Assembly: GCA_025558095.1 (NCBI GenBank) | Contig: JAIVFI010000015.1 | Span: 124,001 to 188,000, forward strand | Direction: 5' to 3' | DNA: 64,000 bases | DNA from: Hyaloraphidium curvatum SAG 235-1 | Taxonomy: Eukaryota; Fungi; Monoblepharomycota | Part shown: one piece after another, positions 23,184 through 33,987 of the stretch | Layout of the letters: each line of letters starts with the position of its first letter | How positions within the stretch are numbered: the first letter of the stretch is position 1 | Notes under the pieces: model-generated | Told to the model about the DNA's origin: nothing | The model's database searches: none | Seen by the model: only the letters and a program-made list of their open reading frames with translations | Made by a program: the position numbers and the translations under genes

Positions 23184-23882
23184 CTAGGACGCCGCCCGCG
23201 CCGCGACGATTTCGACCACGGTCACGGCGTCCTCGGGGTCCCGCGTCGTGAGGCTCATCTCGTACCTCGGCGCGCCCTGCCAACCCCAAAAAGGATAACT
23301 TCAGTAAGACCAGGCGCAGCATCTCGATCACGGGAAACCCACCTCGCCGTCCACCTCGGGTATCCCGACCACAGAGCCCCCCGGCGCCCTCACCGCCAGC
23401 ACCTTCTTCCCCCCCAGCACGCCCAGCACGTCCCTATATGTCACGTACAGGAACCCCGCGGCCTCGGTGTCCCCCAGCAGCGCCCTGTTGCGCCGCACCA
23501 GCTCCCCGTGCGCGGCCTCGAGCGCCGCCAGCTCGCCCACCAGCGGCCCCGCGTCCGGATCCACCGCAGCGCTGTGCTGCCCCGCCGGCTCGCTGTCCGC
23601 GAGCCCGCGCCCGATGTCCGTCAGCTCCAGCCCCGCGGCGCCCCTCCGCACGGCACCGATGCCTTCGAGCACGCCCAGCGCGTCGTACACCCGGCGGCCG
23701 CCCTCCAGCCGCCTGCGCACCTCGGGCAGCGTGGCCGGTCCGCGCCGCAGCAGGCCGAGCAGGCGCCGCGCGAGGAGCGCCAGTGACGAGTCGCCGGCGG
23801 GCGCCGAGGGCGACGCGCGGCGGCGCTTGCGCGGGTTGGGCGGGGCAGAGGGCGGGGGCGCGCCGCCGCGGTTGCCCAACAT
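23184..23882 (-). CDS. E2F: Miniature E2F-family transcription factor (~210 aa); intron 23277-23342
   Basis: DSSLALLARRLLGLL...RRVYDALGVLEGIG (winged helix), coiled coil, FLYVTYRDV...VLAVRAPGGSVVGIP...|YEMSL (marked box). NLS PRKRRR. Confidence 0.8.
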
Positions 23883-24060
23883 CGGCGGGAACGGCCAAGG
23901 GAGGGCGAATGCTGCGGGATTCGGAACGGAGACGCGTTTCGGGACCGCGGGACGCCCCGATTCAAGAGGTTAGCGCTCGACTACGCGAATCCGCTAAGCA
24001 CCTCGCCACCGACAAGTTCCGGCTTCAGACGCGTAGTTCGGACCTCCTCCAGCATCAACG

Positions 24061-25306
24061 ATGGCCTCCGCCGCCGACGACGACGTCATGTCCTGCCCCG
24101 CCTGCGCCGGCGACGGCACCATCCCCGTGCGTTTCCTCCTGTGCCGCGTGTCTCCCACGCTCACCCCGCGCAGATGAGGCCCACGGTGCAGCCCCTCGCG
24201 TCGTACAAGTTCGGCGGGAAGCGGGCGACCGTGGCCACGGGCTCGGGCGACGAGATACCCGTGTACCTCGCGGTGCCGGGCAAGGTCGAGCACCAGGGGG
24301 TAGGGCTGCTGGTGGTGCACGACATCTTCGGGTGGGGCCACAAGAACAACTTCCAGGTGATTCCTGCCGGGCGCATTGTCGCATGCGGGTTCAATGCTGA
24401 CGTCTGGCCCCCATTCTCCGCAGTCCACCGACGCCCTCGCCGCCCTTTCCGGCCTCCCCGCCTTCATGCCGCACTTCTTTTTCCGCGCGCCCGCCGAGGC
24501 CCGCTCGCCCTTCTCAGAGGCCGACGGCGTCCCCTTCCACCCCGACATCCCGCTCGGCTCGACCCCGGGCGACGTGACGGGGGGTTCGAGGGTGCTCGAG
24601 TTCACGGCAAGGAACGAGGGGGCGTATTCGGCGGGGAAGGGCAAGGTGGGGGAGGATCTGAGGGCGGTGCTGAGGTGGATGAAGGAAAAGTGCGTGGACC
24701 GGGGCTGGATCGGTTCCGCGAGAGCTGATCGCGTTGCCACTGCTGGGTTTGCCCACAGGCACGGCATCCAGAAGACGGCACTTATCGGGTTCTGCTACGG
24801 GGGCACGTGCACCTGCTTCTCCTCCTCTACGTTTATTCTGACACTTCCGTTCAGGCTACGCCATGATCCACGCCGCGCTCGACGAGGAAGCCCTCGCCCT
24901 CGGCCTCTCGGCCGTCGTCGGCATCCACCCCTCCCTCATGTCCCTCAAGATGGCCGCCAAGATCCGCATCCCCGTCGGTCTGCTCCCCGGCAACGACGAC
25001 CCGGACTTTGTGCGTCCCCGTCTTCCCACCGCGCGGATCCATTCGCTGACCCCGCCCTCCGGGACGCAGACCCGCTTCCTCGGCGTCCTCTACACCAACC
25101 CGTACCTCTCCAAGCCCCCACACATGAACGCCCCCACCGTGATGCACTGGCGCTTCGACGACGTGCCGCACGGGTTCTGCACCTCGCGCGGGGACTTTGC
25201 CGACCCGCTGGTCAAGAGGAGGGCGGACGAGGCGTTCGACATGTCGTGGAGGTTCGTGAGGCCGCATTTGCTGGGGGCGACGAAGCCGCTGCCGGCGAGG
25301 TTCTGA
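24061..25306 (+). CDS. Dienelactone hydrolase family protein, multi-exon (one GC-AG intron, 24803-24854)
   Basis: VHDIFG, GFCYGG nucleophile, GIHPS, HGF catalytic His, RRADEAF; ends PARF*. Confidence 0.88.
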
Positions 25307-25368
25307 ATTGGGGAGGCAGAAGGTTCCTGCTGTTCGCGGCCGTGCGCGAGAGTACAATCGTGGATCCG

Positions 25369-26313
25369 TCACCGCGCCGCGAAGCACGAGTCGAACTGTC
25401 CGCCTTGGTACAGCAGCAGCGCCTTCCTCCCGCCCGCCTTCTCGGGGGCGTCGATCCCCATGAGGACCCGCTCGCCAGTTTCCAGTCCGGCCGAGAAGGC
25501 CAGCGCCTCCACGCCCCGCTCCGAGAGGGCGTACCGCTTGAGCGCCATCGTCCCGTACCCCGGCAACTCCGACAGATCGATCTCCTTCGGTTCTCCATCC
25601 GCCTCGACGTCCCTGTCCAAGCTCAGAGCCACCAGGAGCTCCTTGAGGTCCACAACAACCGCCTCCTGCCCCTTGTCGTAGACCAGGTACGCCCTCCCCT
25701 CCCCCTCGCGCCACGCCATCGCCGAGAGATCTTCCCCCGGCCCGGGCGGGTTGCGGAGCACCGCCGCCGCTCGGAGTTCCGCCTCCTCGCCGGGCGGGAA
25801 CGGGAACACGTGCAGGGAGGCGTCGCCCTGCACCCCCGCGAGGAGCCAGCCTTCCCCCTCGCTCCCGGACGGGGAGGGGAGGAAGAGCAAGGATTCGAGG
25901 CCCTTATTCTTCTTCCCGCCCAGCTTCAGCGGCCACACCTTGCCGACGCCGTCGGAGGGCGAGAAGGTGAGCACCGCCGCGGGTCGTTCCGAGCCGAGGA
26001 GCAGCGTTGCCCCCGGAATCACTGCGCACGCTTCCAGGTCGAACGTATCCCCCTCCCCGGACGCGACCGGGAACACTTCCACCGCGTCGTCGCCCGCCTT
26101 CCCGACCCGCACTTTCGCGACCCTCGAATCGTCCGAAACCACCCAGAACCCGCCGAACGCGGGGTCCCACACCGCATCGGAGGGTTCGAAGCCCGCGGGC
26201 AGCAGCGGGGTGAGGTCGTGCGGGAGGCACGGGGCGCGGAGCATGCGCGGTTGGGAGCGCGGGAGGAGAAGGAGGAGGAGGGCGAAGAGGAAGAGGACGA
26301 TGAGGCGGGTCAT
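25369..26313 (-). CDS. Secreted or membrane-anchored SdiA-regulated (YjiK)-like beta-propeller protein
   Basis: N-terminal hydrophobic segment. Blade motifs FEPSDAVWD...FWVVSD, DLEACA...LGSER, NKGLESL, EDLSAMAW...YLVYD, GVEALAF. Intronless. Confidence 0.65.
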   Translation of the reverse strand: MTRLIVLFLFALLLLLLPRSQPRMLRAPCLPHDLTPLLPAGFEPSDAVWDPAFGGFWVVSDDSRVAKVRVGKAGDDAVEVFPVASGEGDTFDLEACAVIPGATLLLGSERPAAVLTFSPSDGVGKVWPLKLGGKKNKGLESLLFLPSPSGSEGEGWLLAGVQGDASLHVFPFPPGEEAELRAAAVLRNPPGPGEDLSAMAWREGEGRAYLVYDKGQEAVVVDLKELLVALSLDRDVEADGEPKEIDLSELPGYGTMALKRYALSERGVEALAFSAGLETGERVLMGIDAPEKAGGRKALLLYQGGQFDSCFAAR

Positions 26314-26561
26314 CGCGGGGCGGGGAGCGGGGAGCGCGGAGAGATGTGGAAAAGGCGCGAAAGGGTCGGAAGCATCGCCGCGGGGGAGGAGGCGGACGCG
26401 TCCGGCGGCGTCGTGTTTGTTTGGGCATGCAGCGTCGAACGTGGATGTCCGAGATGTCGACCTTGCGGACAATCAAGGAAAAAGGAGCTTCAAGATAGCC
26501 ATTTCTTGCTACGTGCCAAGCAGATTGAACTACTTTTGTACCCAGGGGGCGGAAGACGCCC

Positions 26562-27413
26562 TCAGAGCTTCCCCTTGGCCTTCTTCTCCTCCTCCTTCTC
26601 GCGGGCCTGCCTCGCGATGCCCTTGCCCGAGTAGGGGTCGGATTCGTCGCCGTTGTCGAAGTACTGTGCCGTTCAGGGATTCGCACCAGGTCAGTGCTCG
26701 GATCAGAGACCGGGAACGATCACGGCACCTTGTCACCCTCGACCGTGGGCTTCCCCCCCTGCTTACCCTCGTCGCCCTTGCTCCCCGAGTCGTCCTTGTC
26801 GTAGTAGGTCGTGCCGATGGTGCTGGTGTCGGGCGAGCCGAGATCGGCGCGGGGTGCGACGCCTGGGGCGGAAGAGCGTGTCGGTCCGTGATCACAAAGA
26901 GATGTCGGTCAAAGGTCCACCTTTGGGGGCTTCGGGCTGGTCCTTGCCCTGCAGGAGACCAAAGCAATGAATGGGAGATCATCGAGGGGGAAGATCAGGG
27001 ACCTACGGCCTCACCGCCACCCTTGTCTCCGTAGTAGGCCGAGCCGATAGAACTGGTGTCCGAGGCAGAGACGTCCTTGCGGTTCATCACGGCTGCAGGC
27101 AACCAAAACCAAGAACAGGCGCTCGTGAGTTGATCACTAGCGCACGAGCGGCTTGCCTACCTTCCTTGCTGCCGGACGTGGACTGCGAACCACTTTCGCG
27201 GTCGTTCTCGGCGGCCTCTAGAATCAGAGATGACACATGAACGGCCCTAACTGTCAGTGCTTGATGACCCACCGGTTCCTTTGCCGCTGTAAGGCTCGGC
27301 CGGAGAGTTGCCCGTCGGGAGGTACTGCGTGAAACGGCGTGGCGCCCGTGAGCTCCTCGCGGCAGGGCATGTGGGTTCGGGCAACGACGCGCCTTTTTGC
27401 TCGCGGAGGTCAT
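26562..27413 (-). CDS. Small hydrophilic (hydrophilin-like) multi-exon protein with internal repeats
   Basis: Six short exons join in frame: MTSASKK|YLPTGNSPAEPYSGKGT|...|VMNRKDVSASDTSSIGSAYYGDKGG|...|VAPRADLGSPDTSTIGTTYYDKDD...|YFDNGDESDPYSGKGIARQAREKEEEKKAKGKL*. Confidence 0.6.
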
Positions 27414-27613
27414 CTTGGCGAGCAGGCTGCCCATCAACTGAGGGACGAACGATGTTGCGATGAGCGATGACTGGGTGCGAGACCGCGCGACAACACGACA
27501 ACCACTTCGGAGATTAACGCGCTGCGTGCCGCGAACCGCGCCGCCGAGACCTTACCTTCGTGCACCGTGCACTTTGGAACATCGTCGTCGAAGCCAGGGG
27601 CGGGGTGCTCGCG

Positions 27614-28736
27614 ATGGAGACGCATAGAGCCGCGCGCGTTCCCCCGTTGGAGCAGCCCATTTTCTCGCTCTCCAACGGCGTCAAGGTCCCCGGCATGGGC
27701 TTCGGGACCTATTTCGGCGATGAGGACGCGCCGCTCTCGCAGGAACGCGTGGACGAGCTCGTAAAGGCGGCCGTCGACGCCGGATTCCGTCACGTGGACT
27801 GCGCGTTTCTATACGCGAACGAGGCGAAGGTCGGAAGAGCTTTGAACAAGGTCCTCGGGAGCCATAGGCGAGAAGAGCTCTTTGTCACGTCGAAGCTGTA
27901 CGGCACCTGCCACGAGCCGGAGGTCGTTCCGATGGCCTTCGCGAAGAGCTGCGGGGACCTCGGCCTCGACTTCTTGGATCTCTACCTCATGTGAGCTTCC
28001 GGTCGAGACGCTCTCTGTCATCTTCAGTCACTAACATGTGCTTGCTTCAAGTCACTGCCCTCTACCTTTCCCTCTGCCGCCGGCGGGACTTGAGACCATC
28101 GATCCAGTTATAGACCACGAAACTGGCCTGCCAGTTGTCGGCACGACGCCGCTGATGGACACATGGCGCGCCATGGAGCTGCTCTACGACTCTGGTGCCT
28201 GCCGCGCGGTCGGCGTTTCGAATTGGACCGTCCCGATGATTCAAAAGATGCTGGACGAGTGCTCGGTTCCGCCGATGGTCAACCAGGTCGAAGTTCACCC
28301 GCTTTTGCCGCAATCCGGACCCGATCCGGGATGGAACGGCCGAGAAAAGTGGCCGACAACGGGGCTTGTCGACTTTTGCAAGTCCAACGGCATCCACGTA
28401 ACGGCTTACTCCCCGCTCGGAGCTGGACACTTCGGGGCGGAGGACCCGAGCGTGCTACAACATCCCGTGGTGCTGGAGGTCGCGGACCGCTGCGGCATCT
28501 CTCCGGCTTCGGCGTGCCTGAGCTGGGTTGCCAAGCGGGGCATGAGCTGCGTCAGTCGGACTAAGAACCTCGCTCGAGTTCGCGAGAACATTCGGCTCTA
28601 CGATCTCGGCGAGGAAGAGATGCGCATGATGAGCTCCATCCCTGATCGCTGGCGGTACATACAGACCCTGAATGGCTGGGGCATCGACACTGCCGGGGAT
28701 ACCTTGGGGCTCAAGAAGAAGAAGCTCAAGAGCTAG
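27614..28736 (+). CDS. Aldo-keto reductase; intron 27991-28051
   Basis: LSNGVKVPGMGFGT, tetrad HVDCA/LYANE/TSKL/HCP, VGVSNW, NQVEVHP, AYSPLG. Confidence 0.93.
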
Positions 28737-28811
28737 TTTTGCTCGTTTGTAATGACCATGATCGAATTTACAATCTATCCCATGATGCAGTCTTCAGAGG
28801 TGTCTAGATCA

Positions 28812-31731
28812 TCAGAGGCGAGCAGCAGGCGCGCTGTTGCCGATGTGCGCCTCCGCGTTCGCAATGACGATGGTGGTCTTCATAACAGAGTCGGGCGTCA
28901 GCGAAACCGAGTCGATCCCGTGGCGAACGACAAACTCGGCCATGTCGGGGTCTACGAAGAAGCTAATCAGCGATGGTTCCACTTCTTCCACGCGAATCCG
29001 ACTCACAGTCGCTCGGAGCCTGGCCGCAGATGCCACTGTGCCTCTTGTTGCGCCGCGCACCCTCGATGGCCAAGCGAAGCATAGCCTTGACGCCGGGATC
29101 CCTCTCGTCGTAGCCCTTCAGGATGCCCGAGTCGCGGTCAACGCCGAGGGTGAGCTGCGTTAGGTCGTTGGATCCGATCGAGAAGCCGTCAAAGTATTTG
29201 GAGAACTCGTCGATGGACAGCACTGCGAAGTGAAAACCGTCAGCAGCAGCGCTCGAATCCATTGCCGTAGTTCTCACCGTTGTTGGGGATCTCGCACATG
29301 ACATACATCTTCAGGTCGTTGACGCCACGCTTGAGGCCGTGCTTGGCCATTACCTCTTGCACTTTGATCGCCTCGTTCACCGTGCGGCAGAAAGGAATCA
29401 TCAGAATCAAGTTCTGAAGCATTGCAATGTCAAGATCGTGCATGCGGTGGCAGTTAGAGTGATCCCACCTTGAGGCCCATGACCTCGCGCACGCGCTTCA
29501 TGGCGGCGCACTCGAGAGCGTAGCCCTCTTCGTAGGCGGGATGGAAGTAGCGCGAGGCACCGCGGAAGCCGATCATGGGGTTCTCCTCGTGGGGCTCAAT
29601 GCCCTTGCCTCCGAGCAGGGCGGCATATTCTGCGCGGATCCTCAGCGAGAGTCAACCTGACCAAGATGCCCGAGCTCACCGTTGGACTTGAAGTCCGACA
29701 TGCGCACCACCACCGGCCTCGGATAGAAGGCGGCCGCGATCTGGCCGACGCCCTCGCTGAGCCTGCGGACCATGTACTCGGGCCCCTTTTCGCCGTTGAG
29801 GATCTTGCGGATCCGCGCCTTCTCCGACTCGTCCTTGACGACTTCGGGGTGGATCAGCGCCATCGGGTGGATCTTGATGTACTCGGAGATGATGAACTCC
29901 ATCCGTGCCAGGCCGACGCCGTCGCAGGGCAGCATCGCCGTCTTGAGCGCCAGCTCGGGGTTGCCCAGGTTCACCATGACCTTGGTCCTCGGCTTGCGCA
30001 GCTTGTCCAGCTGGATCTCGTCCTTGGAGAAGGGCACCTTGCCGTCCCAGACCAGGCCGTACTCGCCCTGCGAGCAGTCGAGCGTGATCATCTGCCCGTG
30101 CTCGATTGCCTTGGTGGCGTCCTCGCAGCCCACGACCGCGGGCACACCGAGCTCGCGCGAAATGATGGCGGCGTGGCACGTGCGCCCGCCGCGGTCGGTG
30201 ATGATGCCCGAAGCCTTCTTCATGATCGGCTCCCTGAAGCGCAGCATGAGCAGTTAAAAGTCAACGACACGGACTCAAACCCACCAGTCAGGGGTGGTCA
30301 TCTCGGCGACGAGGATGTCGCCGGCCTTGAAGTGCCTCAGGTCTTCAAGCCGGTGAACGACGTGAGCATGGCCGGTGGCGATTTTTGTCCCGACTGCGCT
30401 GCCGCGGGCCAGCTGCTTGAACTTCTTGGTGTCGCCGATGGCGTAGGTGGTCAGCGTGCGCGCGGAGCGCTTCATAGAGTGGACGGTTTCTGTCCGAGGG
30501 TCGGATCAGCGCCCATCCAAAACTCGGGCAAGGCGAGCCAACCAGGCCTGGCCTGCACGATGTAGAGCTCGCCGTCCACACCGTCCAGAGCCCACTCGAT
30601 GTCCATGTGCTGGACCTGCCCGTCCTTCCTCAGCTTGGTGTAGTGATCCTCGATCTCGATGGCGTCGCCGGCCAGCTTGATGATCTGGGCGTCCGTGAGG
30701 CAGTAGCGGGCGGCCTTGACAGGGTCCGTGGGGAGGTTCTTGACGAAAGTCTTGGGGTCATAGACCATGGTGACCTGCTTCTTGCCCAGAATGCGGGAGA
30801 GCACGGCGCGGTGGCCCTGCTTGTAGGTGGGCTTGTGCACGTACGCCTGGTCCGGGTCGACGGCGCCCTGGACGACGTTCTCGCCGAGGCCGTAGGATCC
30901 GGTGATGTAAACCACGTCCGGGTGGCCGGTCTCGGTGTCCAGGGTGAAGATCACACCGGCGGCGCCGATGTCCGAGCGGACCATCTTCATTATGCAGACG
31001 CTGAGCCTGACCTTGAAGTGATCAAAGCCCTGGAAGACCGTGATCACGACGATCACAGACGAATTCGAAAGATCAAGCAGAGGATCACGCACCTTGTCGA
31101 GACGGTAGGAGATTGCGCGGTCGGTGAAGAGGGAGGCGCAGCATTTGCGGTAGGTGTCCAGGACGGCGGCATCGCCCTTGATGTTGAGGAAGGAGTCGTG
31201 CTGCCCGGCGAACGAGGCGTCCGGCAGGTCTTCCGCGGTGGCCGAGGACCGCACGGCGACGGAAATCTCGCCGTGGTACTCGGAGCAGAGCTTCCGGTAC
31301 GCGGCCAGGATCTGCTTTTCGAGCTCGGGCGACATGCAGCCATTGTAGACGACGTCGCGGCACTTGGAGCCGACATTCTGGATTGCAGCCACGGTTTTGT
31401 TCTCCTGTTGGCGAAAAACAAATGAGCCTGATTGTGCATCGCGGCTTCGCGAGATCCAGGGGCCAAACCTTATTGATTGGGTCGAGCAAACGGTGAAGTT
31501 CCGCCCAGTCGGAAGGCGAGAGGCAGTCCTTGTACGCGTTGCCGGTCACGGCGTACCCATTGGGGACCTTGGCGCCGACCTTTGTCAGGTGACGGTAGAG
31601 CTCGCCCAGGGAAGCATTCTGGGCGAAGTCCGTCAAGGCGAGCTCATTGGACCAGTGAATGTGCTCACCTTCCCGCCCACGAGTGGGACGTCCGTCAGGG
31701 CGAGCTCGTTGAACCAGCGAATGTAGCTCAT
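28812..31731 (-). CDS. ppsA: Phosphoenolpyruvate synthase (pyruvate, water dikinase), multi-exon, C-terminal PTS1 -ARL
   Basis: VGGK|[37 protein letters not shown], phospho-His motif [73 protein letters not shown]; ends APAARL*. Confidence 0.95.
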
Positions 31732-32108
31732 CGCGGGCAGCGCGTCGTCGAGCGCGAATGAGAACGAGAACAGGCCGGGTCGGTGCTTTTCGGAGGGAAA
31801 GAGAAGGTGGGTCCGGGAGGTCCCGGTCGCGGGTCGGAGCGGAGTGGCAGCGACGCAATGCCCGACGGAGTGCCGCGGAGAGAGATTGCCGGCCTACGAC
31901 GCCGCGATTGCACGGCGCGGCGCTAGGCAGGACCGGGCGTGCCGGGTCGGATTGGTTGGAGGAGTTTGGCTTTGGCGTGAGTCAACCGACGTTCAGGCGC
32001 CACGACGTCGTTGTGGGCGCAGCATGCATCCTCAAGGGACGTCGAGTCACACTCGCTCCGTTTCACTCTTGCTTTTCTGCGTTTCTCCGATACCCTCTTG
32101 AAATTGCC
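31732..32108. promoter_or_regulatory. Probable bidirectional promoter between ppsA and pfk
   Basis: 377 bp between divergent ATGs, with pyrimidine-rich tracts before each start. Function is inferred from geometry only. Confidence 0.5.
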
Positions 32109-33987
32109 ATGGTCCAATCGTGGGCGTTCCGTGCGTGCTTTCCGGGGCCCGGCGCTCACCGCGCGTCCTCGTTGCCCCGCACCGACGCCACGCCAAGCAG
32201 CGAGTTCGAGGTCGACTCGCTCGGCCCGGCCACCATCAAGACGCCTCTCGACAATGCGCACATCGTCACCGACAGTGAACGCGTGTGGCTCCACCCGGAG
32301 TGCGATGCGCCGGATCAAGCGCGGCTGCTCATCGCGGGGCCGCGGTCGCACATGTACTGGAACCCCGAGACCGTCCGTGTTGGCCTTGTGACCTGTGGAG
32401 GGCTCTGGTGGGCACTTGGACGCAACGCTGGCCGCGCTTGGACGGGAGATTGAGGGTTCTTGTCGGCCCGCGTGCCGCCTGCAGTCCCGCCATGAACAAC
32501 GTCATCCGTGAGGTCGTGCAATGTCTGCGCTACCGATACGGTGTCAAGGAGAAGATCTTTGGTTTCAAATTCGGGTTGGTACACGGGATCACGGGGGTTC
32601 TTTTGGCTTTCGGGCTCATTGGGATGGCCACCCCGACTTCCAGCTACTGGGGAATCGCAAATGAGCAGTACATGCTGCTGGACGAGGAAGACGTCAAGGT
32701 CCGGCTCGAATCGCGTTGCTGCGCCTCCTATCTGTCGGCTCACGGGGTCCTCGGCGCTTTTCTAGGAACTGCACACCAGGGGAGGCTCCCTCATCGGCAC
32801 CAGCAGGTCGGCGTGATCCAACTCCGTCGCCTCACATTGCTGACCTTTTCGTCCTCCAGAGGGAACCAGAGCCCGGCGAAGATGGTCGAGGTCCTCCACA
32901 AGCTCGGGATCAACATCCTTTTCGCGATCGGTATGTCCTCTTCGGAACCACATTCACTGATCGCTCATCACGTCGTGTGCAACCCATGTAGGCGGTGACG
33001 GAACCCAGCGCGGTGCTTCCGTGATCTACCAGGAGCTCTTGCGCCGCAATTTCCCCATGTCCGTCGTCGGTATCCCCAAATCCATCGACAACGACATCGC
33101 CTACATCGACAAGACGTTCGGCTTCGAAACCTCGGTCGAGCTCGCCCAACCGGCGCTGCGGGCGGCGCACGAGGAGGCGCGGAGCATCCGGCACGGCGTC
33201 GGCCTCGTGAAGCTGATGGGCAGGGAATCGGGGTTCATCGCGCTCCACGCCGCGCTGGCCAACGGGGACTGCAACATGCTGCTCTTGCCGGAGGTCAAGT
33301 TCACGGTGGACGACGTGCTGGATTACCTGCAGGAGAGGTTCAAGAGCAAGGATCACGCGCTGATCGTGGTGGCCGAGGGCGCGGGCATGGTGGGCACCTC
33401 GGACTCGTGGGTCGTGAGATTGCTGATCGAGCTGTCGTTCCAGGACATCCTCCCGCCCACCGGCAAGGATGCCTCGGGCAACGATATCATGCAGGACAAC
33501 GGCATCTGGTTGAGGAACCAGATCAACGATGGACTGAAGACGCGCGGGATCAAGGTCTGTTGCGCTCCGTCTCGATGTTGTCCGGGATCTGACCCCGATC
33601 TCCACCTTCAGGACGGTCGCGTAGTCTACATCGACCCTTCCTACTCCATCCGCGCGGGCGTCGCCAACCCCTCCGACGCCCTCTTCGCCTCCGTCCTCGC
33701 GCAGCACTGCGTGCACGTTGCCATGGCCGGCAAGACCAACTGCCTCGTCGGACGGATCAACGGCCAGTTCGCGGTGATCCCGATCGGCAAGGCCGTCGCG
33801 TTTCGGAAGCACGTCGAGCCGCGGGGGCTGTACTACCAGGCGCTGCTGGACGCGACGGGGATGCCGAGCTCGATGAGGAGGAGAGGGGTGCCGCTGGTCG
33901 GGCAGGTGGGTCGTCTCGGTCGGCTGTGTTTGCTGGCTATGGTTGACAGTGCGCTCGAAGACGAACAAGGCGAAGGCGAAGTTGTAG
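32109..33987 (+). CDS. pfk: ATP-dependent 6-phosphofructokinase of the PPi-PFK-like (trypanosomatid/plant-type) clade, multi-exon; last intron 33906-33960 gives PTS1 -AKL
   Basis: AGPR..YWNP, VTCGGLC|PAMN, FGFKFG|YWG, IG|GDGTQRGA, PKSIDNDI, TFGFETSV, VKLMGRESGFIA, VAEGAG, KDASGN, YIDPSYSIRA. Single catalytic domain. Spliced end GQ|TNKAKAKL*. Confidence 0.92.

Noticed and set aside
3381-27413. PTS1-like ends on epoxide hydrolase (EKL), dienelactone hydrolase (ARF) and the hydrophilin (GKL) as part of a peroxisomal cluster
   Set aside because: These tripeptides are non-canonical or weak and the genes are not contiguous with ppsA/pfk, so they are not claimed.
33861-33987. Frameshift in the PFK tail (MP-ELDEEER... 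frame) needed to reach AKL
   Set aside because: A normal 55-nt intron, 33906-33960 with an AAG acceptor, reaches AKL without any frameshift.
28812-33987. Bacterial contamination explaining ppsA/pfk
   Set aside because: Both genes carry many spliceosomal introns of the same style as their neighbours.
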